Shown here one piece after another: positions 1-9,137 of a stretch of 64,000 nucleotides of DNA. The DNA is from a virus: the IMG/VR virus record IMGVR_UViG_3300036828_000568, positions 1 to 64,000 of that record; one strand, 5' to 3'. Made by a program: the position numbers and the translations under genes. The notes beneath the pieces were generated by a model that was not told the origin of the DNA, did no database searches, and saw only the letters and a program-made list of their open reading frames with translations. Each line of letters opens with the position of its first letter. The stretch's first letter is position 1.

Positions 1-133
1 CGGACCGTCCGATCCCCTAGGCGGACTAGGGGCGTCCAAGTGCGGGAGCTCGCCTACGGGGTGACCGCCACGTACAGGTTTCGGTAGGCATCCTGGGCAT
101 GATGTTAAACTGCCCTTTTTTAGGAGGAGGCCC

Positions 134-403
134 ATGTCCAAGCGCAAGCGAAAACATTCCCTAGAGCTCCCCAAAGAAGGAAAACTATCTACTATTACTG
201 TCGATATGACCGAGGGTTCACGAGACATTGGTGAAACGCTGGCACAACGTCTCACAGATGTACGAACAAGTACATTGAACCAAGATGGTGATATGCGGGA
301 CGTTATGCTCAAGCTTCGTGTAGATACTGCCCACACCATTGCCGAGCTTGAAGCTTGGCGGGATGAAATCGACCGTACTCTTGCCTTCCTAAAAGCCAGG
401 TAA
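134..403 (+). CDS. hypothetical phage protein
   Basis: 89 aa; AGGAGG RBS just upstream; coupled to next ORF (TAATG). Confidence 0.75.
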   Translation: MSKRKRKHSLELPKEGKLSTITVDMTEGSRDIGETLAQRLTDVRTSTLNQDGDMRDVMLKLRVDTAHTIAELEAWRDEIDRTLAFLKAR

Positions 404-618
404 TGAAAACCCCCGTCAAATTCCGGCTAATTCAAACGCCATGCTGTGGACAGTTGCTCTGTTGGGTAAACCCACGGTTGCCAAACTTCTGTCCCGAATG
501 CGGAGAACGGGTACTAATGAAACTACGACATAAGTGTCCAGAAAACATTCTGGAAACTTATGAAGATGCATGGTTAAGCTATAGGAGGAAAAATGAAAAA
601 GCGATTTTGGATGGGTGA
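403..618 (+). CDS. small Zn-ribbon protein
   Basis: PCCG...FCPECG cysteine pairs; coupled start. Confidence 0.65.
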   Translation: MKTPVKFRLIQTPCCGQLLCWVNPRLPNFCPECGERVLMKLRHKCPENILETYEDAWLSYRRKNEKAILDG

Positions 619-808
619 TATAGGTGAAAAAGATGACTTTGGTGCCCCCATTAAAGATGAATTTATTGATGGCAAAACAAAGATGGGACCATGGGCAATC
701 ATGTCTATTGATTCTTGGCGACGTTACAGCCACGGTCAATTAGGAATGGGTTGGGGACAACGGTACAAGAAGCAAGAGGATGGTAGATGGTTGAAAGTAG
801 AGGGGTAG
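593..808 (+). CDS. hypothetical phage protein
   Basis: AGGAGG RBS; tiles with neighbours. Confidence 0.7.
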   Translation: MKKRFWMGDIGEKDDFGAPIKDEFIDGKTKMGPWAIMSIDSWRRYSHGQLGMGWGQRYKKQEDGRWLKVEG

Positions 809-1000
809 ATTCTGACAACTTTATTCATGCTCATCGCCATGCCTATAAAGCGTGGGTAGATTTTTGCATTCTGCGCAATCAATTACCTTCACTATATGAT
901 GAACATGAATTGCTGCATTCTATTTCACACCATCTGCGCCACACGGTTTACCGCACAGGATTAGAAGTACCAAGGGAACATCGACACTACGCGCGTCGTT

Positions 1001-1201
1001 ATGGCAAATAGACAAGAATTTTCCGATTTTACCGAATGGGCACAAGCCGCACATGACCGTGGTCTGTGGCTGTTCGGTACGAGTGAAGGCAGCGAAGCTC
1101 ATCTGTATTATTCTGAAAAAGAAAATCCTTGGGGTAAGCTTCGTGGTTTCTGGGAATACGGCACACACAAAGGATGGTTAGAACATGAAGCCTCGCTATA
1201 G
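1001..1201 (+). CDS. hypothetical protein
   Basis: 66 aa; tiles in early + strand cluster. Confidence 0.55.
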   Translation: MANRQEFSDFTEWAQAAHDRGLWLFGTSEGSEAHLYYSEKENPWGKLRGFWEYGTHKGWLEHEASL

Positions 1202-1379
1202 AGTACTGCAAGGACCTAATCGTGGGATATGGTACGTTTACGATAATGATACGAGTGAAAGAGTAAAGTCTTTGCCTACTCGCAAAGAAGCCCGCCGAGT
1301 TACCATTGGTATGAATGCAGGGTGGATACCAAATGAAATGGAAGAAAAGAAAAGCGGAGATCGAACGCCTTCTAGCTAA
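1185..1379 (+). CDS. hypothetical protein
   Basis: 64 aa; tiles in early cluster. Confidence 0.5.
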   Translation: MKPRYRVLQGPNRGIWYVYDNDTSERVKSLPTRKEARRVTIGMNAGWIPNEMEEKKSGDRTPSS

Positions 1380-1599
1380 ACACGGTAAAGATAGAAGGTT
1401 GGCGCGATCTTTCCCGGATCTTAGTGTAGAGCAACGCACCGCTCCCACTTCTAATAGATTGAGCACTCCACCTGTACTCAAAAAAGAAGTTATGAGGGCT
1501 ATTCTGGGACCAGATTTTGTCGTAGAACATCTGCACAAATCTGGTTATCAAGTATTCCACCGTAAAGATCTACCGAATCTAGGTGGGAAGAAGCTGTAA
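1333..1599 (+). CDS. hypothetical basic protein
   Basis: ORF track 1315..1599; probable ATG at 1333 after GGTGG. Confidence 0.55.
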   Translation: MKWKKRKAEIERLLAKHGKDRRLARSFPDLSVEQRTAPTSNRLSTPPVLKKEVMRAILGPDFVVEHLHKSGYQVFHRKDLPNLGGKKL

Positions 1600-1625
1600 A
1601 CCCGTGGTTTCTGCCAAATCTTAAT

Positions 1626-1654
1626 TGCAATCTAAGTGGTTACGCTTTATACTT
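1626..1654 (+). promoter_or_regulatory. sigma70-like promoter
   Basis: TTGCAA-17 nt-TATACT, then AAGGAG RBS and ATG 1684. Confidence 0.7.
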
Positions 1655-1683
1655 TACATAGTGGTTCGTGAAAGGAGCCCGCT

Positions 1684-1878
1684 ATGAAAGTAGGCGACCA
1701 AGTGTACATAAGCCCTGATGACCTCGTAGGAGTACCTCCGGAGGTTGCACAGGCAATGGAAGAAGCTGCCAAAATCATTGGCATTAAGGAATCCTTTGGT
1801 ATCAAATTGGCGTTTATCCAATATGCCAATGGCAGCACCGCGGAACTGCCGATAGAACTCTTACACAGGATTCACTAA
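1684..1878 (+). CDS. hypothetical protein
   Basis: 64 aa; AAGGAG RBS and promoter upstream. Confidence 0.7.
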   Translation: MKVGDQVYISPDDLVGVPPEVAQAMEEAAKIIGIKESFGIKLAFIQYANGSTAELPIELLHRIH

Positions 1879-1879
1879 C

Positions 1880-2053
1880 ATGACCTGCAAGCACGAATAT
1901 CACTTCAATCGTGGTTGTGGCGTAAGAGTTTGTGACCTTTGTGGTGACCACAAGGGGCTTGAGCGCTGCTACTGCGGATGGAGCAAGACATCACCTGGCA
2001 AGGGGCGTGAAGAACTAGAGGAAATGGGGGAAGTAATAGATCCTGAGGATTAA
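1880..2053 (+). CDS. small Cys-rich protein (not in ORF track)
   Basis: 57 aa MTCKHEYHFNRGCGVRVCDLCGDHKGLERCYCGW...; fills gap between neighbours exactly. Confidence 0.6.
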   Translation: MTCKHEYHFNRGCGVRVCDLCGDHKGLERCYCGWSKTSPGKGREELEEMGEVIDPED

Positions 2054-2257
2054 ATGGCTCTTGTTTGTCCACTTTGGCCAGAATGTGGCTGCGGAACGCA
2101 AAGCGGTCCGCATACTTGTGAATATCGAGTGGAATGCTGGCGTCGTTATGGACTATTAGGTATTGATCCACGTAATCCAGACCCAGATGGCAGTGACTAT
2201 CATCTCATGAATAAGGTTGATGAAGAAGTTGCACGTGAATGGGGAAAGAAGATATGA
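2054..2257 (+). CDS. small Cys-rich hypothetical protein
   Basis: 67 aa; starts right after previous stop. Confidence 0.55.
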   Translation: MALVCPLWPECGCGTQSGPHTCEYRVECWRRYGLLGIDPRNPDPDGSDYHLMNKVDEEVAREWGKKI

Positions 2258-2694
2258 CTGTTTTCATTATTGGTCCTAAAGATGTAATACGGCTTAGGGA
2301 AGCAACTGCTCGTGCTCGAGCAAAACCTATTCCATGGGATGTACTCAAACAAGGCCTCACCCCAAACCAACCAACTGGTCGCCTAACTCTTGCTGATCGC
2401 AAGGGCATACCACCAATTCCTCGTGAGCCAGAGCAGGTGATGTTACCGTTCGGCTGGCTCGTCGCAATCACATGCGAAGAACAGCCAGCCGGGTTCTTGC
2501 TGCATGTCTCCATGTCATCACCAGCAAAACGTAAAGTTCCAAGACAAGAGGCAATGAACATGGTTATTGAAGCATGTGGATTTAGCCCTCTTAATATCGT
2601 ACGCGCATGGCTTGAAGAATATGAACCAGGGAAAAACGCTGTCAATATGCTAGTCGTTATTCAGGCACGTGATGATACATGTACTACAACCTGA
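2254..2694 (+). CDS. hypothetical phage protein
   Basis: ATGA overlap with previous ORF; 146 aa. Confidence 0.7.
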   Translation: MTVFIIGPKDVIRLREATARARAKPIPWDVLKQGLTPNQPTGRLTLADRKGIPPIPREPEQVMLPFGWLVAITCEEQPAGFLLHVSMSSPAKRKVPRQEAMNMVIEACGFSPLNIVRAWLEEYEPGKNAVNMLVVIQARDDTCTTT

Positions 2695-3005
2695 TCAAAA
2701 CGCCAGACGGATATCGAATGGCCAAGTTCGATGACTGGTGGTTTGTAGATCAGATCTACAACATCACCTATCGGCGTGGCCGTTTCTACTGCGATTGCCC
2801 ACAAGGCGGAAAAGCCCCGACATGCCGTCATCGGAATATGGTGCCTATATTCTGTCGGCATAAGGCTGTCAATTCCGGTAAGTTCTACTGCTACGAAACC
2901 GGGGAATGGTTTCCGGCTATGGAGTCCGAAGGTGCTCCACGGACGCTCCCGAGACGCAGGGAAAGCAGGCACCGAAGCGTCGTGTCGAGAGACGAGGCCG
3001 GTTAG
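2679..3005 (+). CDS. SWIM-type Zn-finger protein
   Basis: FYCDCP...PTCRH (CxC-n-CxH) motif. Confidence 0.6.
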   Translation: MYYNLIKTPDGYRMAKFDDWWFVDQIYNITYRRGRFYCDCPQGGKAPTCRHRNMVPIFCRHKAVNSGKFYCYETGEWFPAMESEGAPRTLPRRRESRHRSVVSRDEAG

Positions 3006-3072
3006 ACCCTCACCGGCACTTTTCAAAGCTGTCAATTCCGGCAAATTCTATTGCTTTGAAACAAATGAATGG
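2862..3072 (+). repeat. imperfect 48-nt direct duplication (2862-2909 and 3025-3072)
   Basis: copies encode KAVNSGKFYCYETGEW and KAVNSGKFYCFETNEW. Confidence 0.85.
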
Positions 3073-3090
3073 CACCTTGCTATTTCTTAG

Positions 3091-3119
3091 TTGCTTTCTA
3101 TGTTTCTGTAAAGCATAAT
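3091..3119 (+). promoter_or_regulatory. sigma70-like promoter, GTAAAG class
   Basis: TTGCTT-tctatgtttctGTAAAG-CATAAT (17-nt spacer). Confidence 0.75.
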
Positions 3120-3153
3120 AGTAATAAGGTCGGGTGGCATGAAAGGAGCTACC

Positions 3154-3678
3154 ATGAAGAAATTACTGCTCGCCAGTGTGTTTGCGATTGTCGCAACCAC
3201 ATCGGCAAATGCTTGGACCGATGCTCGCGGGCATTGGTTTGAAGGGCCTGTTGGTCCTTATGGTGACCTGCCGGTGGGTCGTCGCTTTGAAGCTCCCCCG
3301 GCCATTCCTAATTATGTTGCTGACCAGCAGCCTGAAGAAGAGGCACCACCGGAACATCCGCCGGCTCGTGTAACCGTGCCTCCCCCGTATTCAGGACCAC
3401 CATCTATCGGATGGGTGTATGGTCCATATACTCAGTGCGCGAACCCGCCACAGTGTTCCATGGGTGTGGTGAACGTGCAGGCCGATGGGCTCAACGTTCG
3501 TGTTACTCCTAATGGAGCCAGCCCTGCGGTGATGGCATTAGTCAACGGCACTCCACTCTACCCGATAAAGCGGGAAGGTGATTGGTTGCTCGTGGCTGCT
3601 GGTTGTGATCTTACGCCCACGTTCGCGTGGTCGTGGTCTGCTGGTGTCCCTCTAAATCGATGTTGGGTTTATTTCTAA
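3154..3678 (+). CDS. secreted protein with Pro-rich linker and SH3b-like domain
   Basis: signal peptide MKKLLLASVFAIVATTSANA; GLNVRxxP...LVNGT...REGDWLLV SH3b pattern; AAGGAG RBS. Confidence 0.75.
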   Translation: MKKLLLASVFAIVATTSANAWTDARGHWFEGPVGPYGDLPVGRRFEAPPAIPNYVADQQPEEEAPPEHPPARVTVPPPYSGPPSIGWVYGPYTQCANPPQCSMGVVNVQADGLNVRVTPNGASPAVMALVNGTPLYPIKREGDWLLVAAGCDLTPTFAWSWSAGVPLNRCWVYF

Positions 3679-3783
3679 AGGGGAGGGAATAATGGATACT
3701 GGAACGGTGGCTGTTAGTCTTCTAATCGTAATCCTCATTTTCTTCGCAGTCTTCGTTTCAATTTGGCCTATTGGAAGATGGTG

Positions 3784-4173
3784 ATGAAAAAGACTCTCCT
3801 AACCAGTATCGCTGCATTGTTCCTGGCAACAGGGGCAGCACATGCGACTGACAAGTTGCCAGACACTATAACCGGGACATGGTGCTATTCCGAAAAGGAT
3901 AATCCCAATCCGGAACTTGGTGGGCCGACAGTCTATACCGACCATAACCGCAAGATTTGCTTACGTGCTCTTGATCAAATTGGCATTAGAGAAGATGGTA
4001 TTGATGAACATGAGAGTGTTTGTACATTTGAGAAAATAATGCGGATTAGTGCTAATGCTTTTTTGATCCATGACCAATGTAAAGATGGCAATGGTGAAAT
4101 CGAAGGAGGTGGACCAGCAACATACGAAATTATTGACGGCAAGTTGGTTATCACTCCTCTTTCGGAGGGTTAG
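3784..4173 (+). CDS. secreted hypothetical protein
   Basis: signal peptide MKKTLLTSIAALFLATGAAHA; four Cys; GTWC motif. Confidence 0.7.
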   Translation: MKKTLLTSIAALFLATGAAHATDKLPDTITGTWCYSEKDNPNPELGGPTVYTDHNRKICLRALDQIGIREDGIDEHESVCTFEKIMRISANAFLIHDQCKDGNGEIEGGGPATYEIIDGKLVITPLSEG

Positions 4174-4330
4174 GAATGCCGAAGATCATAACCCTGCTGT
4201 TGACAATATCCTTAAGCGGGTGCGCAAATCCACATAGATTTGATCCAATGAGGCAACAGATTCTGCAACAAGAACAGAATGCATGTTTAAAGCAGGGAAA
4301 GAGCCCTCCAGAATGCAGACCATAAAGAGC

Positions 4331-4359
4331 TTGCGTTCTATTTTCTTGTAAAGTACAAT
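4331..4359 (+). promoter_or_regulatory. sigma70-like promoter, GTAAAG class
   Basis: TTGCGT-tctattttcttGTAAAG-TACAAT. Confidence 0.75.
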
Positions 4360-4393
4360 TAGGGTATGGCAATGCTTTTGAAAGGAGCCCGCC

Positions 4394-4609
4394 ATGTCAT
4401 ACGTTCTTTGTGCTCGTGAAAAGACAGCCGAACTACCCCCTCAATACTACACCGGAAGGGCAGGAATGGACTGGCTTTCGTTAGACCGTGGTAATTCCTT
4501 CTTCTATGCAACCAAAAAGGCTGCAGATTGGAAGGCCATCCACTTCAACAAGTTCGAAAAAGTTCACGGCTACTCGTTTGTTGTGGTGAAGATGGTAGGT
4601 GTAGTATGA
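4394..4609 (+). CDS. hypothetical protein
   Basis: AAGGAG RBS; promoter upstream. Confidence 0.7.
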   Translation: MSYVLCAREKTAELPPQYYTGRAGMDWLSLDRGNSFFYATKKAADWKAIHFNKFEKVHGYSFVVVKMVGVV

Positions 4610-4782
4610 GAAAAAACGTCTGGAAGGTCCTGGCGTACTACCCAAGAAGCTTGGGAAATCCGGTTGTTACCTGTACAACCGAGTCGTATGAAATAGCAAT
4701 GTCCCTTGCTGCCTTCTTTACGAAGCTTGGCTACGAAGCTACTGTGGTCAACCCCGTCGGTACACATAAAGCAAAATTGTGA
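4606..4782 (+). CDS. hypothetical protein
   Basis: ATGA/GTGA overlaps on both sides. Confidence 0.55.
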   Translation: MRKNVWKVLAYYPRSLGNPVVTCTTESYEIAMSLAAFFTKLGYEATVVNPVGTHKAKL

Positions 4783-5099
4783 AACCCATGATGGTGTGGA
4801 AATTTCTACATCCTGATATGACTCTAGAACATCTTGGCCTATTGCCAGGATGGTTAGATGAGGAAGATCCTCGCCCCGCAAAAGATCAGTTTAATAGTCA
4901 CTATGCTCATGGCGGGGGCTGGCGTCCCTTTAGTGGCTTCAAACTTCTTCCGAACAACACACTGACATATCCTGGCGACCCGCCGCTTATTCCATTGGCT
5001 CAATTGCGATTTCGCAACGAGCTAATCGTATTCTATGAACATGCTTGGGTGGCAATCATACACAAGGATCGGTACTTCGAAGCATGTAGGATGGATTAG
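4779..5099 (+). CDS. hypothetical phage protein
   Basis: 106 aa; coupled start; YAHGGGW...LTYPGDPP. Confidence 0.7.
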   Translation: MKPMMVWKFLHPDMTLEHLGLLPGWLDEEDPRPAKDQFNSHYAHGGGWRPFSGFKLLPNNTLTYPGDPPLIPLAQLRFRNELIVFYEHAWVAIIHKDRYFEACRMD

Positions 5100-5106
5100 G
5101 AGAAGG

Positions 5107-5301
5107 ATGTTCATAAGTAAACGGCTCGGCAATACGATCTACACTGCCGAGAAATCGAAAAAGGGAGATCGTAGGTTACTTTGGTCCACAGTATGCGTGC
5201 ATAGCTTGGAAACCATTCGTGTTGATGTTGGGCAAGTTCCTAATCATATCCGAGAACAAGCATATAATCTGCATGAAAACGACAAGTTACGAGGAGAGTA
5301 A
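5107..5301 (+). CDS. hypothetical protein
   Basis: AGGAG RBS before ATG 5107. Confidence 0.55.
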   Translation: MFISKRLGNTIYTAEKSKKGDRRLLWSTVCVHSLETIRVDVGQVPNHIREQAYNLHENDKLRGE

Positions 5302-5302
5302 A

Positions 5303-5488
5303 ATGGATCTAGACTGGTACAAGGTTATCGATAGACTTTATATCGAAAGCTCGCAACATGCTCGGCGTGCAGAAATTGCTCTAAAAGAAAATCAAATAGA
5401 ATCTAGCCATTCATCTATTATTGTGGCAGGTATTCTAACCAGTATCGCAGATGCACTGAAAGCAGGTCTCAAATACAAGGGAGATTAG
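5303..5488 (+). CDS. hypothetical protein
   Basis: GAGGAG RBS before ATG 5303. Confidence 0.6.
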   Translation: MDLDWYKVIDRLYIESSQHARRAEIALKENQIESSHSSIIVAGILTSIADALKAGLKYKGD

Positions 5489-5492
5489 AGTT

Positions 5493-5819
5493 ATGTTCAG
5501 GATAGAAGTGTTTGTAGACGATAAGAAACTACCAGGGTTTCTCCATGCTTGTGCAGGTCTCGTGGTGTCAATGTCACCACCTACACCTGTGGTGAACGTA
5601 CAAGAAGAAGGACTAAAAGCTGCGAGCAACGGCAGTATTCCCGACATGTTCTATAATGAATTAAAGAGAAAGAAAATGCAGGAGTTTACTCCTGCGGAAG
5701 CTCATGGCATCCTTAATGCTCTTGGGGCTTCGGATGCATCTTACAACTATGTCTGTAAGATTCTAAAAGATAAAAGGAAGGCAAGACTGGTGAAACGTGG
5801 AAAATGGAAGGTGCTATGA
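5493..5819 (+). CDS. hypothetical protein, possible C-terminal winged helix
   Basis: 108 aa; GGAG RBS; basic C-terminus ending RGKWKV. Confidence 0.6.
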   Translation: MFRIEVFVDDKKLPGFLHACAGLVVSMSPPTPVVNVQEEGLKAASNGSIPDMFYNELKRKKMQEFTPAEAHGILNALGASDASYNYVCKILKDKRKARLVKRGKWKVL

Positions 5820-6094
5820 AACAGTATCCATACAAGAGCTACGTGTTCCGAAGCATTGATCCTATTATGGATGAACTTATGCCAATACTCAGGTCGAACA
5901 AGGCCAGCGAGCTGAGTAAACTGAGTGGCGTAAGCACTGCGACTATGTATCAGTGGCGCAAAAGGAAAACTCGTCGGCCGCAATTCGCAACGGTATCTGC
6001 TGTCGCATTAGCAGCCGGGTGCTATGGGATAAGCTTTGTTGATGGCAAGCCTGTGCTTCAGCATGAACCAGCAAAGCTGAAGGTTGTCAAATAA
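5816..6094 (+). CDS. XRE/Cro-like HTH regulator
   Basis: ASELSKLSGVSTATMYQWRKRKTRRPQFATVSAVA. Confidence 0.75.
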   Translation: MKQYPYKSYVFRSIDPIMDELMPILRSNKASELSKLSGVSTATMYQWRKRKTRRPQFATVSAVALAAGCYGISFVDGKPVLQHEPAKLKVVK

Positions 6095-6313
6095 AACCTC
6101 AACATAAGTCGCATAAGCACGGCCGATGTCCATGGTGCAACCTACGACAAGCGCGCAAGATTAGAATATGTCCCTACCAATTTAGAAAGAACACAGAATG
6201 TCGGTGCTGTACTCTTTGTGAAAAAGATTGTAGATTAGACCATAGCCCACGCAAATCCCGCTTGCGGTCGTAACTTCTTTGCATTAAACTTTACGGCAAC
6301 AAAGGAGTTTGTC

Positions 6314-6667
6314 ATGGAATATAGGATACAAGGCAGAATTCATGGTCAGTGGAAAGCTACACTGGATGGTGTAATATATCCAGTAGTTCATAATGTTGAT
6401 TGTGATTTTAAGACCAATTTTCACAGTTGTTTTTATTCAGACCCAAACCATCCTCAAGTGCAAGAACTTATTGGACTTGTTTTAGAAAAGAAAAAGGTAA
6501 TTGTACAGAAATCATTTATTCATCCCTTTAGGGTAAGTCGTAGCGGAGACCGTTCTATAAGTTGTCGTGGATATGTTGGTCTGTTTGAAATTTTTAACAT
6601 CATATGGGACAAACAAATTCTTACTTTCAATTTCTCATTACTAAAACGTCTTGGCTATAACAGATGA
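6314..6667 (+). CDS. hypothetical protein (AT-rich)
   Basis: AAGGAG RBS; TTGCGG-17-TAAACT upstream. Confidence 0.65.
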   Translation: MEYRIQGRIHGQWKATLDGVIYPVVHNVDCDFKTNFHSCFYSDPNHPQVQELIGLVLEKKKVIVQKSFIHPFRVSRSGDRSISCRGYVGLFEIFNIIWDKQILTFNFSLLKRLGYNR

Positions 6668-6873
6668 ACTAACCCGCTTGTATCATTAGAATCTTGGGCG
6701 TAATGTAACTGCCACAAACCAATCGTAAATTCACGTTTTCATTTAATAAGCGGAATTTGTCGCGTAAAGGATCCGCCCTCCCCAGGCCAGAGGAGGGCGG
6801 TGTAGGAGGATCGCAACATGTGCAGGGCACGACGGCTAATCGTGCAGACAACAAGAATCTAGAGGACTAGATC

Positions 6874-8589
6874 ATGCCATCTAATGACATATTTAGCACG
6901 TATGCGGCTACGAAGCAAGCAGAAATTGTTGCGAAGCTCATGGAACTCTTTAAAGGCAATGAAAGATTCCACGGTGCAGCCGAGGTAAAAGGCTCAAAAC
7001 ATGATGAAGAAAAGAACAAGTGGCGTCCCGCCGGTATACGATTAGAGCATAGGGGAGCCACAGCCCAGGATTGGGAAAGTCATTTAGCAGGAGGCCGGTT
7101 TCTAGGTTTATCACCACTATTAGATGATGGGAATGTGTGGTTCACATGTATGGATGTAGACAAATTAGGAGATAGTGACAATTATGAGTTTAATTATCCA
7201 GAAGAAATGGATAAAATAAAGAAGTCAGGGTTTCCTCTTGTCGTGTATAAGACAAAGTCCGGGGGCCTGCGCGTCACCATATTCTTTTCAGAGCCGGTAG
7301 AAGCAGAATTAGCTGTACGTCGAATGCAACAGATGGCAGCTCAATTAGGCTATGCAGGATGTGAAATATTCCCCAAGCAATTCAAAGTAAACGATACCAC
7401 CAAAGATCATCCTGCATGGATATTCTTACCGTATGGTCCCACCGCAGGAATGTTTCCTGATCAGTATTGCATGAATGAATCTGGCAATGCGATGGAGCTG
7501 TATGAATCTGTTATTTTTGCAATGCGGAGTCGGATTACGAAACAGCAATTTGCTGATCTATTTGTAGTAGAATTGAAAGCAAGAGCTAATGGGAAGGCTA
7601 ACGGAAAGGCCCGCCCACAAGGCTTGTGGACAGAAGAAAAGGATTACGAAACAACATTGAATACGACATTTAACGATGGACCAATGTGCCTATGGATCAT
7701 AGCTCGTCAGAAATGCACCATGTATCAGCACAACTTCTTGATTACATGTGCGACGTTTTTTATGAGAAAATATACCGATAATTGGGATCATGCTTTAGGG
7801 TGGGTGAACAATAACATATTAGTTCCTCCAGGAGATCGGCGTAAGCTTGCAGAAATAATTGATAGCATGAATAAGAGGGATAAAACCAGACCATACGAAT
7901 ATCAATGTAAGACCGAGCCCATATGCAGTCATTGTTTTGCCAAGGCTTGCAAGAAGCAACCGTATGGAGTAGGTCTAGGAAATGGAATAGATTATAATGA
8001 TCTGGCTATTACTGTCTATAACAGCAAGCCTCAGGTTTTCTTTACGAATGTTGGTGAAGATCGTATATCGTGTAGTGCCGATGAATTATTGAACTTAGGA
8101 AAATATCGTGTTAAATGTTTGGAAAATTCATTATCGTTTCCCGAAACTATGCCTCGAAAAGATTGGGAACGTATTGTCAGAAATAGTTTAGAAAATGCCA
8201 CGATGGTAGATCCACCAGAAATATTGAAAACTGATGCATCAGAATTACGAATACTAGAAACATGGCTCAGCATTCATATTATGAGTGCTGTGCGCGCACG
8301 CGGCGAAGAATTTATGAAAGGCCAATGGGGTGAAGCTGTTCGTATAAAAGAAAGTGAAAAGCGGATATATTTCAAAGCTAAAAAGTTGTTTACGAGTGTA
8401 CGAATACAGCGTGGCATTCAAGAAGAAAAAGAACTTGTTGAATTTGTAGGAAGTAAATGTATAGAACATAAACAGGGACCAGGAGCACGCGAATGGTTCC
8501 GAAATACATACTCTATTGCATTTGACCAATTTAATGATGAAGTATTAGAACATTGGTTTTACCCTGATAAGGAGGAAAAGCGTGAATAG
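6874..8589 (+). CDS. DNA primase, AEP superfamily (TOTE-like), with Cys-rich PriL-like domain
   Basis: WxxHLxG...MDVD (motif I), KSGG (motif II region), EIFPKQ...IFLPY; PMC...YQC-n-CxxC-n-C cluster. Confidence 0.75.
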   Translation: MPSNDIFSTYAATKQAEIVAKLMELFKGNERFHGAAEVKGSKHDEEKNKWRPAGIRLEHRGATAQDWESHLAGGRFLGLSPLLDDGNVWFTCMDVDKLGDSDNYEFNYPEEMDKIKKSGFPLVVYKTKSGGLRVTIFFSEPVEAELAVRRMQQMAAQLGYAGCEIFPKQFKVNDTTKDHPAWIFLPYGPTAGMFPDQYCMNESGNAMELYESVIFAMRSRITKQQFADLFVVELKARANGKANGKARPQGLWTEEKDYETTLNTTFNDGPMCLWIIARQKCTMYQHNFLITCATFFMRKYTDNWDHALGWVNNNILVPPGDRRKLAEIIDSMNKRDKTRPYEYQCKTEPICSHCFAKACKKQPYGVGLGNGIDYNDLAITVYNSKPQVFFTNVGEDRISCSADELLNLGKYRVKCLENSLSFPETMPRKDWERIVRNSLENATMVDPPEILKTDASELRILETWLSIHIMSAVRARGEEFMKGQWGEAVRIKESEKRIYFKAKKLFTSVRIQRGIQEEKELVEFVGSKCIEHKQGPGAREWFRNTYSIAFDQFNDEVLEHWFYPDKEEKRE

Positions 8590-9082
8590 CTGGACTTTGT
8601 TAAGACTAAATCCACAAACGCAATCGCGTTATGTCGGGCACGTAGTTGACAATATCCCGCATGTTGAGCTCTATTATCCTATGTATGAGCGGATTACTCG
8701 CCCACACGGTAAGAGGCAACCGATGGTTGTATGGATGCCGGTATATCCCGGATATGTTTTTGCACGATTAGATATGGATGGTGACGGAATACACGAGCTT
8801 GTGACATGCCCGGTAAAAGCGAGGTTCATTAAGTTTGGAGGCGAAATCAGCACAATACCTGATAAAGTCATTCATGAATTAAGAAGATTAGAATCACTGA
8901 GTATGCTCGTACGTGAAGTACAACGAGTAAATCCGTATAGACCGGGTGTGAAGGTGCGAGTTCATACTCCAGTGGCAGATATACAAGCTGTGATTGTCGC
9001 ATTGATACGTGGGAATAGATTAAAGGTTGACTCCTGCATTGGAACCATCACTGTTCCTGTCCACAAGGTGAATCTATTATAG
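8582..9082 (+). CDS. NusG/RfaH-family transcription factor
   Basis: YYPM...PVYPGYVFARL...FIKFGGEISTIPDKVIHELR NGN domain; KOW-like YRPGVKVRV. Confidence 0.85.
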   Translation: MNSWTLLRLNPQTQSRYVGHVVDNIPHVELYYPMYERITRPHGKRQPMVVWMPVYPGYVFARLDMDGDGIHELVTCPVKARFIKFGGEISTIPDKVIHELRRLESLSMLVREVQRVNPYRPGVKVRVHTPVADIQAVIVALIRGNRLKVDSCIGTITVPVHKVNLL

Positions 9083-9137
9083 GCTGTGCGGGCCTAGTAT
9101 AGCTGCATATGGGAGGCGGTTTGCTGGCCCTGGGGAA

